This document shows, piece by piece, positions 1-12,994 of a stretch of DNA of 64,000 nt. This stretch comes from Marsupella aquatica. Taxonomy: Eukaryota > Plantae > Marchantiophyta. The notes below the pieces were generated by a model that worked only from the letters and a program-made list of their open reading frames with translations, was not told where the DNA came from and did not search any database. Within the stretch, counting starts at the first letter, position 1; every line of letters begins with the position of its first letter. Made by a program: the position numbers and the translations under genes. Where the stretch lies: positions 11,005,874 to 11,069,873 of the forward strand of contig OZ316894.1 in NCBI GenBank assembly GCA_973895155.1. The letters are read 5' to 3'.

Positions 1-1829
1 ATGTGTGATTACCAGCAGGGCCTTGATATCAACTGACATGAGGTTTGTTATTTGTTCATATCTTAATTACTCTTTGGCGCTTTCCCTTTCATTGACTTTT
101 GTAAGTAGTTGATAGCCCTGGTTCTGATCATATTTAAAGATAATGACATGCGTGTGGTAATAAACACTACCAATTTAATTACGGACCCCCATGGAAAGTT
201 ACTTCCAAATTCCTGGATGCACGTGCAGCCACATAAGCATGATTTGTCACAAACAATAACCATTAGAATGCAAGTAGAGCCAAAATTGACTATTTGTGTT
301 TGAGGCAAGGCAATGAAAAATAGTTAGACCCTGGAACTGTAAAAACAATCAAAAACTAAAAAGGATCATTTCAACTAAACAAAGAAAAGGTTTGAACAGG
401 GGTAAAATATAATAATCTTTGGATGAATTGTGATTGATATATCAGTGTTTTCTGGTAAACTGTTTCAATTTTCTATTTAATTTACTCATTTTTGAAATAA
501 TGACAAGTAGAAAAAAACTTGTCAACTACTCTAATATTTACCAAGGTAACATAAGAAACCCAAGAAACTTTCCAACTCTCTAACATCTACAAGGTAACTT
601 AAAAAACACTTTGGCTACTATGGATAGAGTTCAAGCAAAGGTAAGAAACACCATAACTACTACGGGTAGAGGAATACCAAGGGACTCTAAGACCTTTCAA
701 CTACTAAGGAAAAAATAATATTTTGCTGGAACTTGCTATATATAATGTTACAAGTGTATAGACATAGATATACTAAGGGAAACATTCTGTATAGAGTATT
801 ACCCTTGGCATTACCATGAATGTACTCCAACTTGTGTTCAATGAAATTATCCTAACTGCCTTTAAAATTCACTTCATTTAGAATCCTTCATTTAATCTTT
901 GTCCTCTCATTTATCTATTCCAATGTGCAACTCTTCATGACTCCAAATAGTTCAATAACAACAAACTTACATAACCAAGGGGTCCTCGAACTATACTCAG
1001 TTCATTTGATTCCAAACCATAAACTCTAAACCTTAAACCCCTTACATACTCCGGCCCTTTTGGTTATTGTGGCCCAGGGATAGCATGGTTATCAAGAACT
1101 ATAATACAAGGTTGCGCCAAAAAATGAAGTGGTCGTCATTCAAATATGTAGGGCACAAAAATTTAAAAGTTTGGTCAAAGATAAGTAATAAAGCCAAAGT
1201 GTGACTTGGGTTACCGTGACTCACACGAGACACCAACTAAAATAAGTGAAAAACTTTAACAATGCACGAGATCAAGGAGGATCCTCTACATGATACATGC
1301 AAGGAAGTATCATATATATTTAATATTGTGATGGAATATATTTTTGTTAGTTTTGTGTAATAGTGTAAGAAAAGTTTAATTAGTAACAGTATTTTAGTCA
1401 ATAGAGTAATTTCATACACTAATCAATAAAAAACTTTTCTCCCTATATTTGTGGTGATTTTTACACTCACTTGCACTGTCATTTTCAATGCCAAAAAACA
1501 AAAGCAATAAGACCCAAAGACATAGTGAAGCGCATGGCACAGGCGTTGAGGGGCACACTCGCAATATAGGGCAGCCCCTCACCCAGTATAGAGTGGTCGT
1601 CATTCAAATAGGCACCAATTTATAGAGTGGTCGTCATTCAAATGCAGGGACATTGTGGGTAAAAACACAAAACAAAATAGTTTGACTATTACAAAGACAA
1701 AGGAATAGGACCAAAAACACCATGCCACCCCTTGGATGCTGGCCATGACGATAGCATTGAGCCCGGGATCAAGCCGTGACAACCCTGACTCTTGGTCAAC
1801 TCGCTCCTTCCCTCCTTGAATTTTTAGTT

Positions 1830-2405
1830 CACAACATCTTTCCCATAACAACAGCTTCCAGGGTGAAACAATACTTATAACATCTTTTACTTCACAATAT
1901 CTTTGGCAAAATAACAGCTTTTTCTTAATGACATCTTTCACATAATGGCGTATTTGGAAAAATGACTTCTTTTTTTAATGACATCTTTTTATTTCATGAC
2001 ATCTTTCACATAAGAACATCTTGGGCGACACAACATCTTCTTTCTTAATGACATCTTTTGTGCAACGCACATGTGTTTTTCCTCAACGACATCTTTACTG
2101 ACACGACATTTTTTTTCTCAACAACTTCTTAGACGACACAACATCCTTTGTCTCAACAACTTCTTGGCCAAAATGACAAATGTTTTTCTCAATGACTTCT
2201 TAGCTGACACGACATCCTTTGTCTCAACAACTTCTTGACAGACACGGCATCTTTTTTCTCAATAACATCTTGGCCGACACAACATCGTTTTTCTCAACGA
2301 CCTCTTGGCCGATGCAACATCTTTTTTCTCTACAACCTCTTGGCCGACATGAAATATTTTTTCTCAACCACATCTTGGCCGACACAACATCTTTTGTGCA
2401 ACGCA
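1830..2405. repeat. Degenerate low-complexity tandem array of (GAC)ACAACATCTT(TT)-like units
   Basis: Dozens of ACATCTT, ACAACATCTT and TTGGCCGACAC units; a similar GACATCTT array lies at 37530-37990. Confidence 0.7.
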
Positions 2406-2490
2406 CAGGTATTGAGCTAGTTGTTAATAATACACACTTTGCATTTTTGGGAGTCATATGACATATCTCAAAAGGCATAAGGGACATAAA

Positions 2491-2856
2491 TATTAGGATT
2501 TACTCTTAGGTCTAGAGTAATGACTGTACCGTTGTTAGGGCTAACCTTAGGCGCAGACTAGGTTAGGTTTGTCATGTTGTGCACACACTATACCCAAGTG
2601 GTGTTTGCTTGGAGAGTAGGAACTCAGGCTCATTGTTACAGAGTCAGTTGAGAGATAGGGAGAGCTTGTGCTGTGGATGCTTGGTATGGCCAGTCGGCCT
2701 AGAGTGCAGTAAAGCTCTTGTGTGTTCCGGTGGATGTAGCCTCATACTGAGGTGAACCACATATCTCTCAATGTTGATACTTGTGTGTTGGATGGTTCAT
2801 GGGCTTGCCATAGTGATTATAGTCTATGCTCACTACAATAAGGCTCACCCTTAACA
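2491..2856 (+). mobile_element. Solo LTR, Copia-associated family
   Basis: Starts TATTAGG (TG mutated) and ends TTAACA, flanked by TAAA on both sides (2487-2490 and 2857-2860). Homologous along most of its length to the minus-strand LTR at 35803-36227, which starts TGTTAGG. Confidence 0.7.
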
Positions 2857-3699
2857 TAAACATTAGAATTATTAGACAAGAGTCCTTCCCGCATGGCTTT
2901 GTTAGTTTATACTTAGAGTAAAGCTTTGCTTGAAGCCTAAACCCTACTGATTTTTTCCCCACCTGAAATTTTCATGATCGCCTTTGCCCAAATCAACTAA
3001 GTAATTGTGCTTGCCTAAACCCATGAGAGAACGACGCTCCTGCTTGTTCCTGAAACCGACAAGAAAAAGCAACACTGGCACTTCACAGCACATCATGTCC
3101 CAACTTATCAACACTCTAAACTGATTGGAAAACATAATCCGTAATGTCTTCAAATCCTAACCAGGAAATTGAGTTAGTGTGACAACAGGAAATTGCGGTC
3201 CCACTGCATGTTCACAAATACATGGTCAAGCACACAAGGCAACTGTTGTGATGACAAGGTGGCATGGCAGGGACCTGTGCACTTTTGCCTTGTAGCAGAA
3301 CTGAGTGTACGGCTCATGAAGAGGGGCTTGATCAGAACAAAAAAGTTTCTAGGGGGGCTGATCAAGTAAAGTTATATTGTTAATAAGGACATATGAGAAC
3401 ATGAACCCAAATCATGGCATAACCCTATATTGCAATTGAGTCTACTTGAACCTGTCCATGAGTGCAAATAACTTGACCAAACCGTCAATTGCTTGGTTTT
3501 GGGCCGGCTAAAACTCTGAATATCGAGGATTACAAAAATGATGTGAAGACAATATGTGTGATGTCTTCAAACATTCATTGTTAAATTGTCCTCACCAAAC
3601 AATCGTGATCATGTTCATTGTTTCACATTTTGTCATGACAACTTCTGTCTGTCGTAAGGTTTGGGGGAATATATGGTAATGGAGGTTATTGGGAGACTG

Positions 3700-4770
3700 A
3701 GTGTCTTTTTTTCAGCATTTGCATGCTATCTAGGTGGCAGTATAATGTTGAGGTACACTTAGGGTTATCAGTGGTTGGAGAGGACAATGCCACTATGCAT
3801 TTATGCTAGCACAAGAAGCAAAGGCAACTATGCCACTATGCATTTATGCTAGCACTAGAAGCAAAGGCAACTCAGATTCAAAAGGGAAAACTTGTCAAGG
3901 ATTTTGAAGAATCTGACAGGTGTTTGGATTCTTGGTTGTCATTGATGGTTGTGTGCTATAAAGGCTGAGCACAAGTGTGCATATTTAGCAATGAAAATAT
4001 TTGTCGAAGAGGGAGATCTAGGAACAAATCTGTCCTTGGTGAAATGCACTGATGAAAATTCTCAACAAAGTAATGATGGACATGAAGGAAATAGCAACCA
4101 GTTTTACTACCTCTAAACTTCAAACAACTGAAAACCTAGCCCATATACAACTAAATACAAAACTAAATATGTCTTCAAACACAAAAGTAACCACAACTAC
4201 ATCTGGTGCCATACTTCTTACACCCAGATTGTGGGCGAACTGCTATCTTGCTACAATTGTAGTGTACCATGGGCTCATATCATAGGAAATTAGAGTTCAC
4301 CGTAATAAAATCTCATAGTAGTGCTCCTCATAATAACTATCTATGAGAAACTGTCAAAGGGGGTCATTTGGGTAACAAATGGACTTTGGGGGTTGATCAG
4401 GCAGTGTTGTTTGCAGGTCTATTAAGCATGTACCTCCAATTTTTTGTTACCACATAATTTGTACGTGGTTTCACTTTCAGCAGGTCATGGACTGTAGACT
4501 ATGATTATGGATTATAGCATAGAGAAAACTAGATTCCAATTGATGCACAATGGTTTTCCTTGAACAGAGCAGCATGGCACTATATTTGAATAGTGGGCCA
4601 TGTGGTGTTTAGTCAAAATAGTGCACTCGGGGAGTTATGTTTGAGTTTTGACTCTCTATTTGGCATTTGTTTGAGTTTGGGTGTTGTTCCAATTTGACTT
4701 GGTGAGATGGATTAAGGGTGTAATGGTAGGCATAAAAATTGATGTTTTAGAGAGCATAGTTAGAGTTCAA
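3700..4770 (+). mobile_element. Highly degenerate Copia RNase H/RT remnants
   Basis: Broken frames resemble the Copia RNase H end (MKIFVEEG..LVKCTDEN) and the RT DLGE motif near 4695. Includes a ~43-bp tandem duplication at 3788-3872. Confidence 0.35.
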
Positions 4771-5530
4771 GCGTCTTCTACCTCCAAACAATATTTTATC
4801 TCTAAAGGAATATGAGGCTAATTCAAACACTGAAATTACACAAGGACAGAGGACAAATTTGTTATAATTGAAAACACGACCACTCCCATTGCCAATTTTG
4901 GTTCTGGAAGGGCTGTCATTCTTGTGCGACGGCAAGCGAGCTTTGCTGTCCAACATGAATTGCCGCAAATTGAATTTCAGGGCACAATTGAATTTCATAG
5001 GGCGCAATACCATTGCTTCCCCATTAGACAGTCAAAGAAAGGTCATCCCTGTTGACGCTCCCTTTCCTTGCTCCCTTCCCCAACCTTTGCTGTTCATTTA
5101 CTGTTTGAAGGTGACCGTGCAGCTTGCTGTTCATGCTTGTCTAAAATGCTACTTCTCCTAGAGCCTCCACTAAATCACCTCTACTCTGGTCCCAATTGTG
5201 CTATACTGCATGGTGACATGTTGTTCTTGTATCACAATGACTCATGCTCTGACAACCACTCCATAAGAACCTCACAATGGTGTGCAGTCACAAGGGTCCG
5301 GTTAAGTATTTGACCCTTGCCTCTTTGACCCACACCACCCGAAACAAGCACTTTGTTTCAATCCATACAGCTGTCCCCAGCTTGCCGCTTACTCCCAATG
5401 CTCTGGTTACCCCTTCTAGTACCTCCTCTCCTTTCCCCGGGTAATGAAGTGCAAAATCCTAGGCTACCTTGGTGTGTGATTGACCTTGATTTGACCAAGG
5501 CTTCCCTACTACACCTATGTCACCTGTTTC

Positions 5531-5740
5531 TTTTTTTTTGCCTTGAAAACCGAAAGCAGGTCCATCCAATAGAGGATAGACGTCCTGCTTTGGAGCATGC
5601 ATTTCTATGTAGGGCAGCCACAAGGGGACAATACCCAGGGATCCCACAGGGACCAGACCAGGAGGGAGAGAGGATTAAACCAGAACCCAAAGTGGACAAC
5701 TAGGGCTCACGAGATAATCAATACTCCCACCACTACACCC
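5531..5740 (-). mobile_element. 5'-truncated SINE copy with poly(A) tail and 19-bp TSD
   Basis: TSD CACCTATGTCACCTGTTTC at 5512-5530 and 5741-5759; poly-T on + at 5531-5539. Body is homologous to 25640-25775. Confidence 0.85.
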
Positions 5741-8573
5741 CACCTATGTCACCTGTTTCCCATGCTTGAGGGTACAAACCACAAAAAAATAAAAAATCAA
5801 GAGGATGAGGGTATCTAAAAGTGTAAGGTACAAAGTAGGTTGAATGGGATGTCCTCTATGAAGTTGTTGTGAACAGACTGATAGGACAATCATCATAATG
5901 AGCACAACGGGGGAGACAGAGTGGTTTAAAAAACAGACTGAGAGTACACACGTCACAAACACTGGGACCCACTTCAATCCAGCTAGGATTGGTGAACTTC
6001 AACGCCAAGTGGCCTTATTTCTCTCATTGTGTAAAGGCCAAGAAGTGTCACTCACTTGAATCTTGTGGCTTGGATGAAATCTCATGGGGTCTTTACAACA
6101 ATGCGACGACGGAGATGTCTTTCCAGCCTTTGATTTAGGGTGACCGGTCATTGTTGTTTGTAGAAGACTTCTGGCAGCCGTTTCTGGTGTGCCTGAGCCT
6201 TCATTGCAGTTGGTGAGTCCTTATGAGTAAAGGCTAAATTGTGACTTATACACCCTTCTGGCCAAAGCTTAGAGCGCATCTCTGGAAATCACATTGCATT
6301 CAACGACCAGGCTTCTGGTTTGTCTCAGGTCTGGAAAACTAGATTTTAGGTTGAAAATGGCCCTGGAAAAGTCACTCTGTCCAGAAGCTTGTTCTCATGA
6401 AAGCACCCCTCAGTGTCCTCAGACGAGAGGCGTCCATCCTGTTCCTTGGTTCTTGTAGAAAGCCAGCCTGAAGCCCTCTATTTTGAGGGAAAATGAGCCC
6501 CATAGGTCTGGGACTACGTTCGGTGGAGGTTCGCACTGGCTTGTTCTTTCGGTCGGGACTAGGTTCGGCAGGGTCGGGACTCCGTTCATTGAGGGTTCGC
6601 ACTTGGTGTTCCTTTCGTGTCCCTAAAGTTTAGGGCACATAATAAGACAAGGCGTGGAGGGAATCGAGATTCGTATCCCAGGCTTGTGAAGTTGAAAAGT
6701 CAAATGTAGAGCAGAGAGCCAGAGAGAGACGAAAAGGCTTCACAACAATTCTCTTCGCTCTCCACCGTTTTTTCGAACACCGCATTGCTTTCCTGCGTTT
6801 CTTCATTGAAAGCGGTCAGTGAAAGAGAGCATCTCTGGAAATCGAATTTCCTTTTCTTGGTTGCCAACCAAAGACACTGAATACCGCGGCATTCTGCAGT
6901 GTTGCAGAACACAACTTCGAAACTCAGGTTCCTCTTTCACAGGTGTGTAAAGCAATGCTTTCTGTATGTGAGCTCTGGTAGATCCTCACAAGACGTTGTT
7001 GTCGAGCATCCGTGGATGACTATCTCGGGTTCTGTCGAGGTTCCCTGCACAAGAAACGAGACATCTCCATTGAATTATTCACTTCCTGGTTTGGAAAGAC
7101 TCTCGGAGTGAACAGAAGCTACGTCTCCCGAATACGTCATTTTGTATTTCAATTTGTATATGGCTGCCTTGGTCTTCTCCTTCACGTCTCAGCTTCTTTG
7201 AGCAATCGAAGCAGGCAGGCATCGATGCCAGTGATACCAGTGTTTCTCTATCCAGACTTACTCCTACGATCCTCTCTGTTAGTCTAAAATCGAGATCTTC
7301 GAGACTCATTGAGACCGCCCAGTAACAGTCCAAGAGAAAAAATAGTTGGTTCTCTGTAAGTGAGCATCACGTCCTCACAAACAGAGAAAACTTTTAGCAG
7401 CTTGATTCGTACTTCGACTTGCAAGTCTACAGTGTCAATGCTCAGTCGCGTACACCTGAAACAAGGAGAGACAGAGGCATCTCAGCTATGATGGTCAGGC
7501 CGAGCAGGAAGATGCTCGGGACTTTTACAATCCAGTCAGTTCAGCTTTCCCTCAACCCAGGGAGTAAGGCAAAAGGTAGAGAAGCCAGTTTGCTAATGCC
7601 CTGGTCTTCTTGAGTCAAAGCAGCAGTCACAGCAACGACTTCCTTCCTTTCTTTCCGTCGCTTCCAACGCCACACTTTCCCCCCCCAAACCAGCATCGCT
7701 ACCGTTTGGGACTTTGGGCAGTTTCATGAAAGCTTGCCCTGTCCCCACCACGTAGAACGAATTGCGTGTTTTCAGGCTGCCTTGGGAAGCGAAACCTAGG
7801 GCGTGTCACCTAAAAGATCGGGTACAGGGAAAAAGAGAGAGCTGGGTGTCAACAACGTCAAACCCCCCTAATCCCAAGGGGACGGTCTGCAGACTGCACT
7901 AGCGTTTTGATTTGTCTGCGCCATCCACTCACCTCAACTTCATGTGGGAGCCATCCGTGGACCAGTGTAGCAAGTGTCGCCAATCACCTCAACTCAGTGA
8001 CGAGCCATCCATGGACCAGTAGCAAGTGTCGGTCAGAAGTGTCTCGTCACAACACCTATCGCGACATCTGCGATCGCGTTTCGATTGGAATCGAACACTA
8101 TAGGAGCTTTAGCTCAAGATTGTTGGCGACTCGATGGCTCCATTTGTCTGTATGTCAAATACGAATGAGTTTGCTAGGACGAACGCTGGCGTTGTCTATG
8201 CTGAATCGGTGGCAGGAGCGAAATCGCCACGTCCCAAGTTCATTCTAGAACAGAAACGCATGGAACTGGTTTTGGAGCTACCTCGTCTAAGTGCTAACTT
8301 CGACGAGTCCGTACCTTGAGCGATGAGTGATGAGAATGAATTGAAATCGAAGACCGCGGGAACCCAACCCAATCGAGGAGTTTGTTCAGGCAACTGGAGC
8401 AGGGTAACGAAATTTGCCATAAATTGGCCTGATAGGAAAAAATCAGTGATAGAAATTTGCATAACTTTTGCCTTTTCGAGCCCCGACGAGGAGCATCGGA
8501 CAGGAAGACAGAAAGAGAGCACAAGAGAGAGAGCTCAAATTTCCAATGTTGTTGATGGGTTTCGACAGGATAG

Positions 8574-10933
8574 ATGGCGATGGAGTACCTGAAGACGATG
8601 AGAGGATGCGGGCCGATAATTGGATTGTTTGCCTTGTTACTGCTTGTGAACTCCTTCGCGCTATCTGAGGCTCAGACAGGTAAGCTTATACAATATCCAA
8701 GTCGAAGTTCAATTCAGGCATTGGACAAAAATAGCCTGTACAGCCTTCTCCGTCGGATTTGGCGAGGTGCTACGTGAACGAAATCTTCTGGTTTTTGCAT
8801 CTGTCTACATGGGCTGTTCACTTGTATTGCTTAAGAGGCAATCGCTTGTTCTGTAGGGAATGAATTGAGTCCCGGTCCCAAATCAAACACACTTTCTTCG
8901 GTCTTGTGAGTTCTACGAGTTTAGACCAGCAATGTTAATTTACTCAAGTGCGTTCTAAAGCTATGGCAGAGCCATGCGCACTCGTCAGCGTAGGTCGTTT
9001 ATGGACTATTATGGACTAGAGCTACTTAGAGCTACTTAGCTCTAACTGATTGTTATCACATAATTGGCTTTATGGAGTCAAACTCATGACCTTTTACCCG
9101 GATGGATTTCTTTAGATCCTTGCAAGGGCGTCAACTGTGGGAAGGGTCAATGTGTTGATGATCCTTCCCAGCTGCTGGTGGGATTCCGATGCAATTGCGA
9201 GACGGGGTGGTCACAAATCACCCCCATGTTTCCGGCTCTCCCCTGCTTCCTTCCTAATTGTAAGTATTCTTCCTCATTAGTTCGCTTCCATCTCGGGGTC
9301 AAGAATTCAAATTTTCTACTGTCGTTGTAGCGTTTCACTGAGCACGTTTATGTCTGAGAGGCGAGCGGCAGGGGCAAAATATTACTTGGGAGAGTAAAAT
9401 TTGAGCCTACGAAATTACATGATTAGTCGTAGGAAAAGTACAGGAGTTTTGTATGTTACGTTCACTCAGATTCATCCGCACGTAGGATCTTGAGCGATTT
9501 GATCCGCATGGTTGACTCATGGAAATTTTAATGTCATTTTCACGAGTGCTGGACGTTGTACCTTGAGCCTTGAGAGAAACAAGGAAATTTCTTGACGAAA
9601 TTTCGGATACCTCCATTTTTCTGATGATGGCAGGCACGTTGAATTTCACTTGTACTGGGTCTCCTGCCACTGCCCCTTCTCCAGCTCTAGCTGCTCCCGC
9701 AGGCTTCCTTCCTGCGCTTCCTCCCCTTGCCTCACTTAGCTGTAAGATAATTCCTCATCAACATTATTATCAATTTCTTTTTTCTTCGTTAGTTTTGAAG
9801 ATCTGGAAATTATCTTCTGTAGTTCAACGAGCATATGCATGGAAGCGGAGAGTTTGCTGTCGATTAGTTGCTCCTTTTGAAGCATAAGATTGCATGTATA
9901 TGCTTGGTGACTGTTCTATATGTGATGATTTATGCAGGGTGTGTGATCCCGGGCGTATGTGGGAGTGGGGAGTGTACCGAGGTCACATCCAATGTTTTTG
10001 GGGTACTGCCGTCTTATAAATGTGATTGTCATAAAGGCAGTTCCAATTTGTTAAATCAAACTACCGGACCATGTCTTCCAGACTGTAAGTCGGTCAGCCT
10101 GTAATGCTCTTGCTTTGTTTGTCCTAACAGTGCAGAGCCACTTTGTCTGCTGAACGTCGTAGGCTTTCTAATATGGCTTCAGTTCAAAATATTCAAGCGG
10201 GATGGAATTCATGGGACCTATCAATGATATAGATATCCAAAGATTTGATTTTGTTTCTTGTGCTTACTTTCCAGTCTGATGTACTTACAAGTGATAGGTG
10301 GATGCAGGTGGTGTGAGTGGATCCTGTGCCTCGTTAAACATCCCTCTTATCAGCAGTCCTCCATCATCCCAAAATGTTAGCACCAGTGGACCAGCTTCGA
10401 GTCCAAATGAAGGTTTTCCTCCTTCCCAAAATCCAAATCCAGTGTCAGATTCAGGTTTGTAGATTAGTCACCTGCTCTGGTGACTGTCATTTATGCTGTA
10501 TTAGCTGAATGGTGGACCAAAAAAGTACTTAAACCTGCTAATTCTGGTACAATAAGATCGTCTGTGATATCAACTTGCTGGCTCTGGGATGCCGCAAAGG
10601 CCTTGTATTTTCGATTCTTTGATCTGGAGTTGGGTTTCATGCATAACTGCGGAAACGCTCAAGCGTTTTCTCTATGAATTTTCAGTTGAAGGGCTCAGAA
10701 AGATGATACACTCGGGCTCTTAGAAGCTGAGGTTATGCAAAGCTGTAGATCAAAGGAGACCATTTTTGTGCTATTGTTGACACAAACTGCTTCTACTAAC
10801 TCAATCTCTGGTCGTTCCCCGTTTTGACGAAGGATCTTGGCATCGGATGTCTGCAGGTAATAGGCAAAGAAGTGTAGCCAGAGGGTTCACAGCTGCAATC
10901 TTTGTGACTTCACTGATGTGGCTATTGTTATAG
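8574..10933 (+). CDS. Secreted EGF-like-domain protein with predicted C-terminal GPI-anchor signal (242 aa; plant 'Notch-like/EGF' family)
   Basis: Exons 8574-8679, 9116-9259, 9634-9741, 9938-10084, 10308-10454, 10857-10933 are all GT-AG and join to a 729-nt open frame. Hydrophobic signal peptide, two EGF-like Cys modules (DPCKGVNCGKGQC..FRCNCETGW; VCGSGEC..YKCDCHKG), P/S-rich spacers and hydrophobic C-terminus (AAIFVTSLMWLLL*). Confidence 0.9.
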
Positions 10934-11478
10934 CTTGTGGAATCAGATTGCTAGTCTGTTGCCATCATACGCTATCTATATGCTCATAGTACCCGTGGAG
11001 CAAACTATGAGCTGAAATTAGGGGTCATCTCGAAGAACTTCCCATTCTTCGCTTACCTCAACTCGTAACAATACTTGAGGATTTACACGTAGATGATTAG
11101 AACCACAGAACAGAGCCATAATGCCGCACTGGGGACCCAATATTTCCCACAGTTTCTAACAGAGCAGCTTGTAAAGTCAACGTTATTGGTTTATAGCTTA
11201 TTTACAATATTTAAAGATCTAGCTTAATGTCCTTTCGATTGTTGAGGTACTTCCTAAGAATCAGCCTGGGCTTAACTGAAAAGAAGTCGTGTAAATCAGA
11301 TGCTATCTAAAATAGTTATTTCAATTTTTTGTAGTGGCACTACTGTAGTTAACTACTGGCAATCTATACAAGTGCTTGAAATTAATTTTGAACCTCACTA
11401 CAGTAGGAGAAAGGGAAAAGAGTGGAAATCAAACAATTATGACAAACGCGAGCCTCGTTTACTATCTTTATTCAAAAA

Positions 11479-12994
11479 TTAGTACATGGGTTATCAGCAC
11501 TTAACCCTCTTTAATGGTAAAACTTTGAACTCTCTTATCTGTTATTTCAGAAAATTTCAGAAATTGAGTCCAGGTTGGACCGCCAGGTTGGACAGGGCTC
11601 CAATGGATCACATTTTGGTGTTAATGGGATTTTGGGGTGATAATTTGATGATTATGAGTGCTAAAATAATTTTTAGATGATGGTACATAACCTGATGTTT
11701 ATGCGTTTTAAAATAATACTTAGTTTTAAAGTGATCTATGGGGGTTTCAAAGACCAAAATTGTGGTCCACGGGGGCTTCAAATTAGTTTTTCCAGGGGTA
11801 CAATGAAAACTAAATGTATTAATTAAACTCTATTGTGAGCTTTTGACCCGGTTTAACCTGATGGGCAAGTTGACGGCTTGCCGGGCATGTCAAACCGTCA
11901 AATGACGGCCCGAAAATGATCAATTTGACGGATATTCGGTAATATTCTCCCGAACTCACCCGGACTCCCCCGGACCCTTCCCGGACTCACCCGGTCCATT
12001 CCCGAACTCTTCCCGGACTCCCCCGGACCCTTCCTGGACCATTCCTGGACTCCCCCGGACCCCGGTTCGGGGTAGCAGCCGGTCGGGGCCGAGTTTGGGG
12101 TCGGGGCCCGGGGGAAGGGGGGGCGGGGTTCGGAGTTCGGGGTTTTGGGGAAAGGGGAAAGGGGTTCGGGGGCCGGGGAAAGGGGTCCGGGGGAAGGGGA
12201 AAGGGGGGCGGGGGAAGGGGAAAGGGGGAAGAGGAAAGGGGTTCGGGGAAATGGGACTTCCGGGGTTCGGGGAAAGGGGGCCGGGGAAAGGGGGCCGGGG
12301 GAAGGGGAAAGGCGTTCGGGGAAAGGGGGCTGGGGAAAGGGGTCCGGGGAAAGGGGAAAGGGGGCCGGGGAAACGGGGGCGGGGTTTGGGAAAAGGGGGG
12401 CCGCGACCCGAACCCTAATCCTCCGAGCCCCAGACCTGGATCCCGAGCCCTGGATCCCAAGCCTCCCCCAAACCCGGACCGCCGAACCCCCCACCCGGAC
12501 CGCCGAACCCCCCGGATCGGCTCCCCCGAACCCGGCCCCCGAACCCGAACCTGAACCTCCCGAACCCCCAAACCCCCTGGATCCCCCCCGAACCTCGCCC
12601 GAACTCCCCCGAAACCCGGCCCGGACCCAGTCCGATCATCTCCCAAACGTATCCCGGCCCGGACTGTTCCCGAACCGGGGTGCCGGGTTGCCGATTTGCC
12701 GGTGATTTTCCGCCAGTTTGACGGGCAAGGTCAAACCGGGGCTTTTGAGAAGTCTTGCATTTTGCCATGAATAAAGCAAAAGAATTTAAAAGCCTCCGAG
12801 CATGCGGTGCCAGTGGGCCCTATTACTCCATTCTCACCTGGCAGCTTTCTCAATCAGAAACGGGCATATGTGATGACACGTGGGGTTGGCCTGCATATGT
12901 GATGACACTTGGTCTGGGCTGGACTATACTTGCATGTGTGCTGGACACTTGGGGCTAACGGTACAGGGACAATCAGATTCGTACAATATATAGA
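11479..12994 (-). mobile_element. Non-autonomous Helitron
   Basis: On the minus strand: 5' A^TCTATATA at 12994; 3' hairpin GGGTTA-agtgctga-TAACC(C) followed by ATGTA-CTAA^T ending at 11479. Internal blocks are shared with 20620-21070. Confidence 0.6.
11847..12740. mobile_element. Non-autonomous TIR element (CCCGGTTT termini, 8-bp TSD) with G-run-rich interior
   Basis: Termini CCCGGTTTAACC...GGTCAAACCGGG; perfect TSD GCTTTTGA at 11839-11846 and 12741-12748; subterminal TTGACGG/TTGCCGG motifs. Confidence 0.85.

Noticed and set aside
63-308. Cys-rich ORF resembling a SWIM finger
   Set aside because: Lacks the CxH part and any transposase context.
1128-1643. AGTGGTCGTCATTCAAAT repeated three times, and other spaced repeats, as a CRISPR-like array
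   Set aside because: Irregular spacing, eukaryotic context and no cas genes; local duplications.
6028-8053. Possible 2-kb solo LTR (TGT...ACAACA)
   Set aside because: Flanks CTCAT and CCTAT do not form a clean TSD and there is no second copy in the window; left unresolved.
11898-12768. Long Pro- or Gly-rich ORFs on both strands
   Set aside because: By-product of G/C-run repeats inside a TSD-flanked non-autonomous element.
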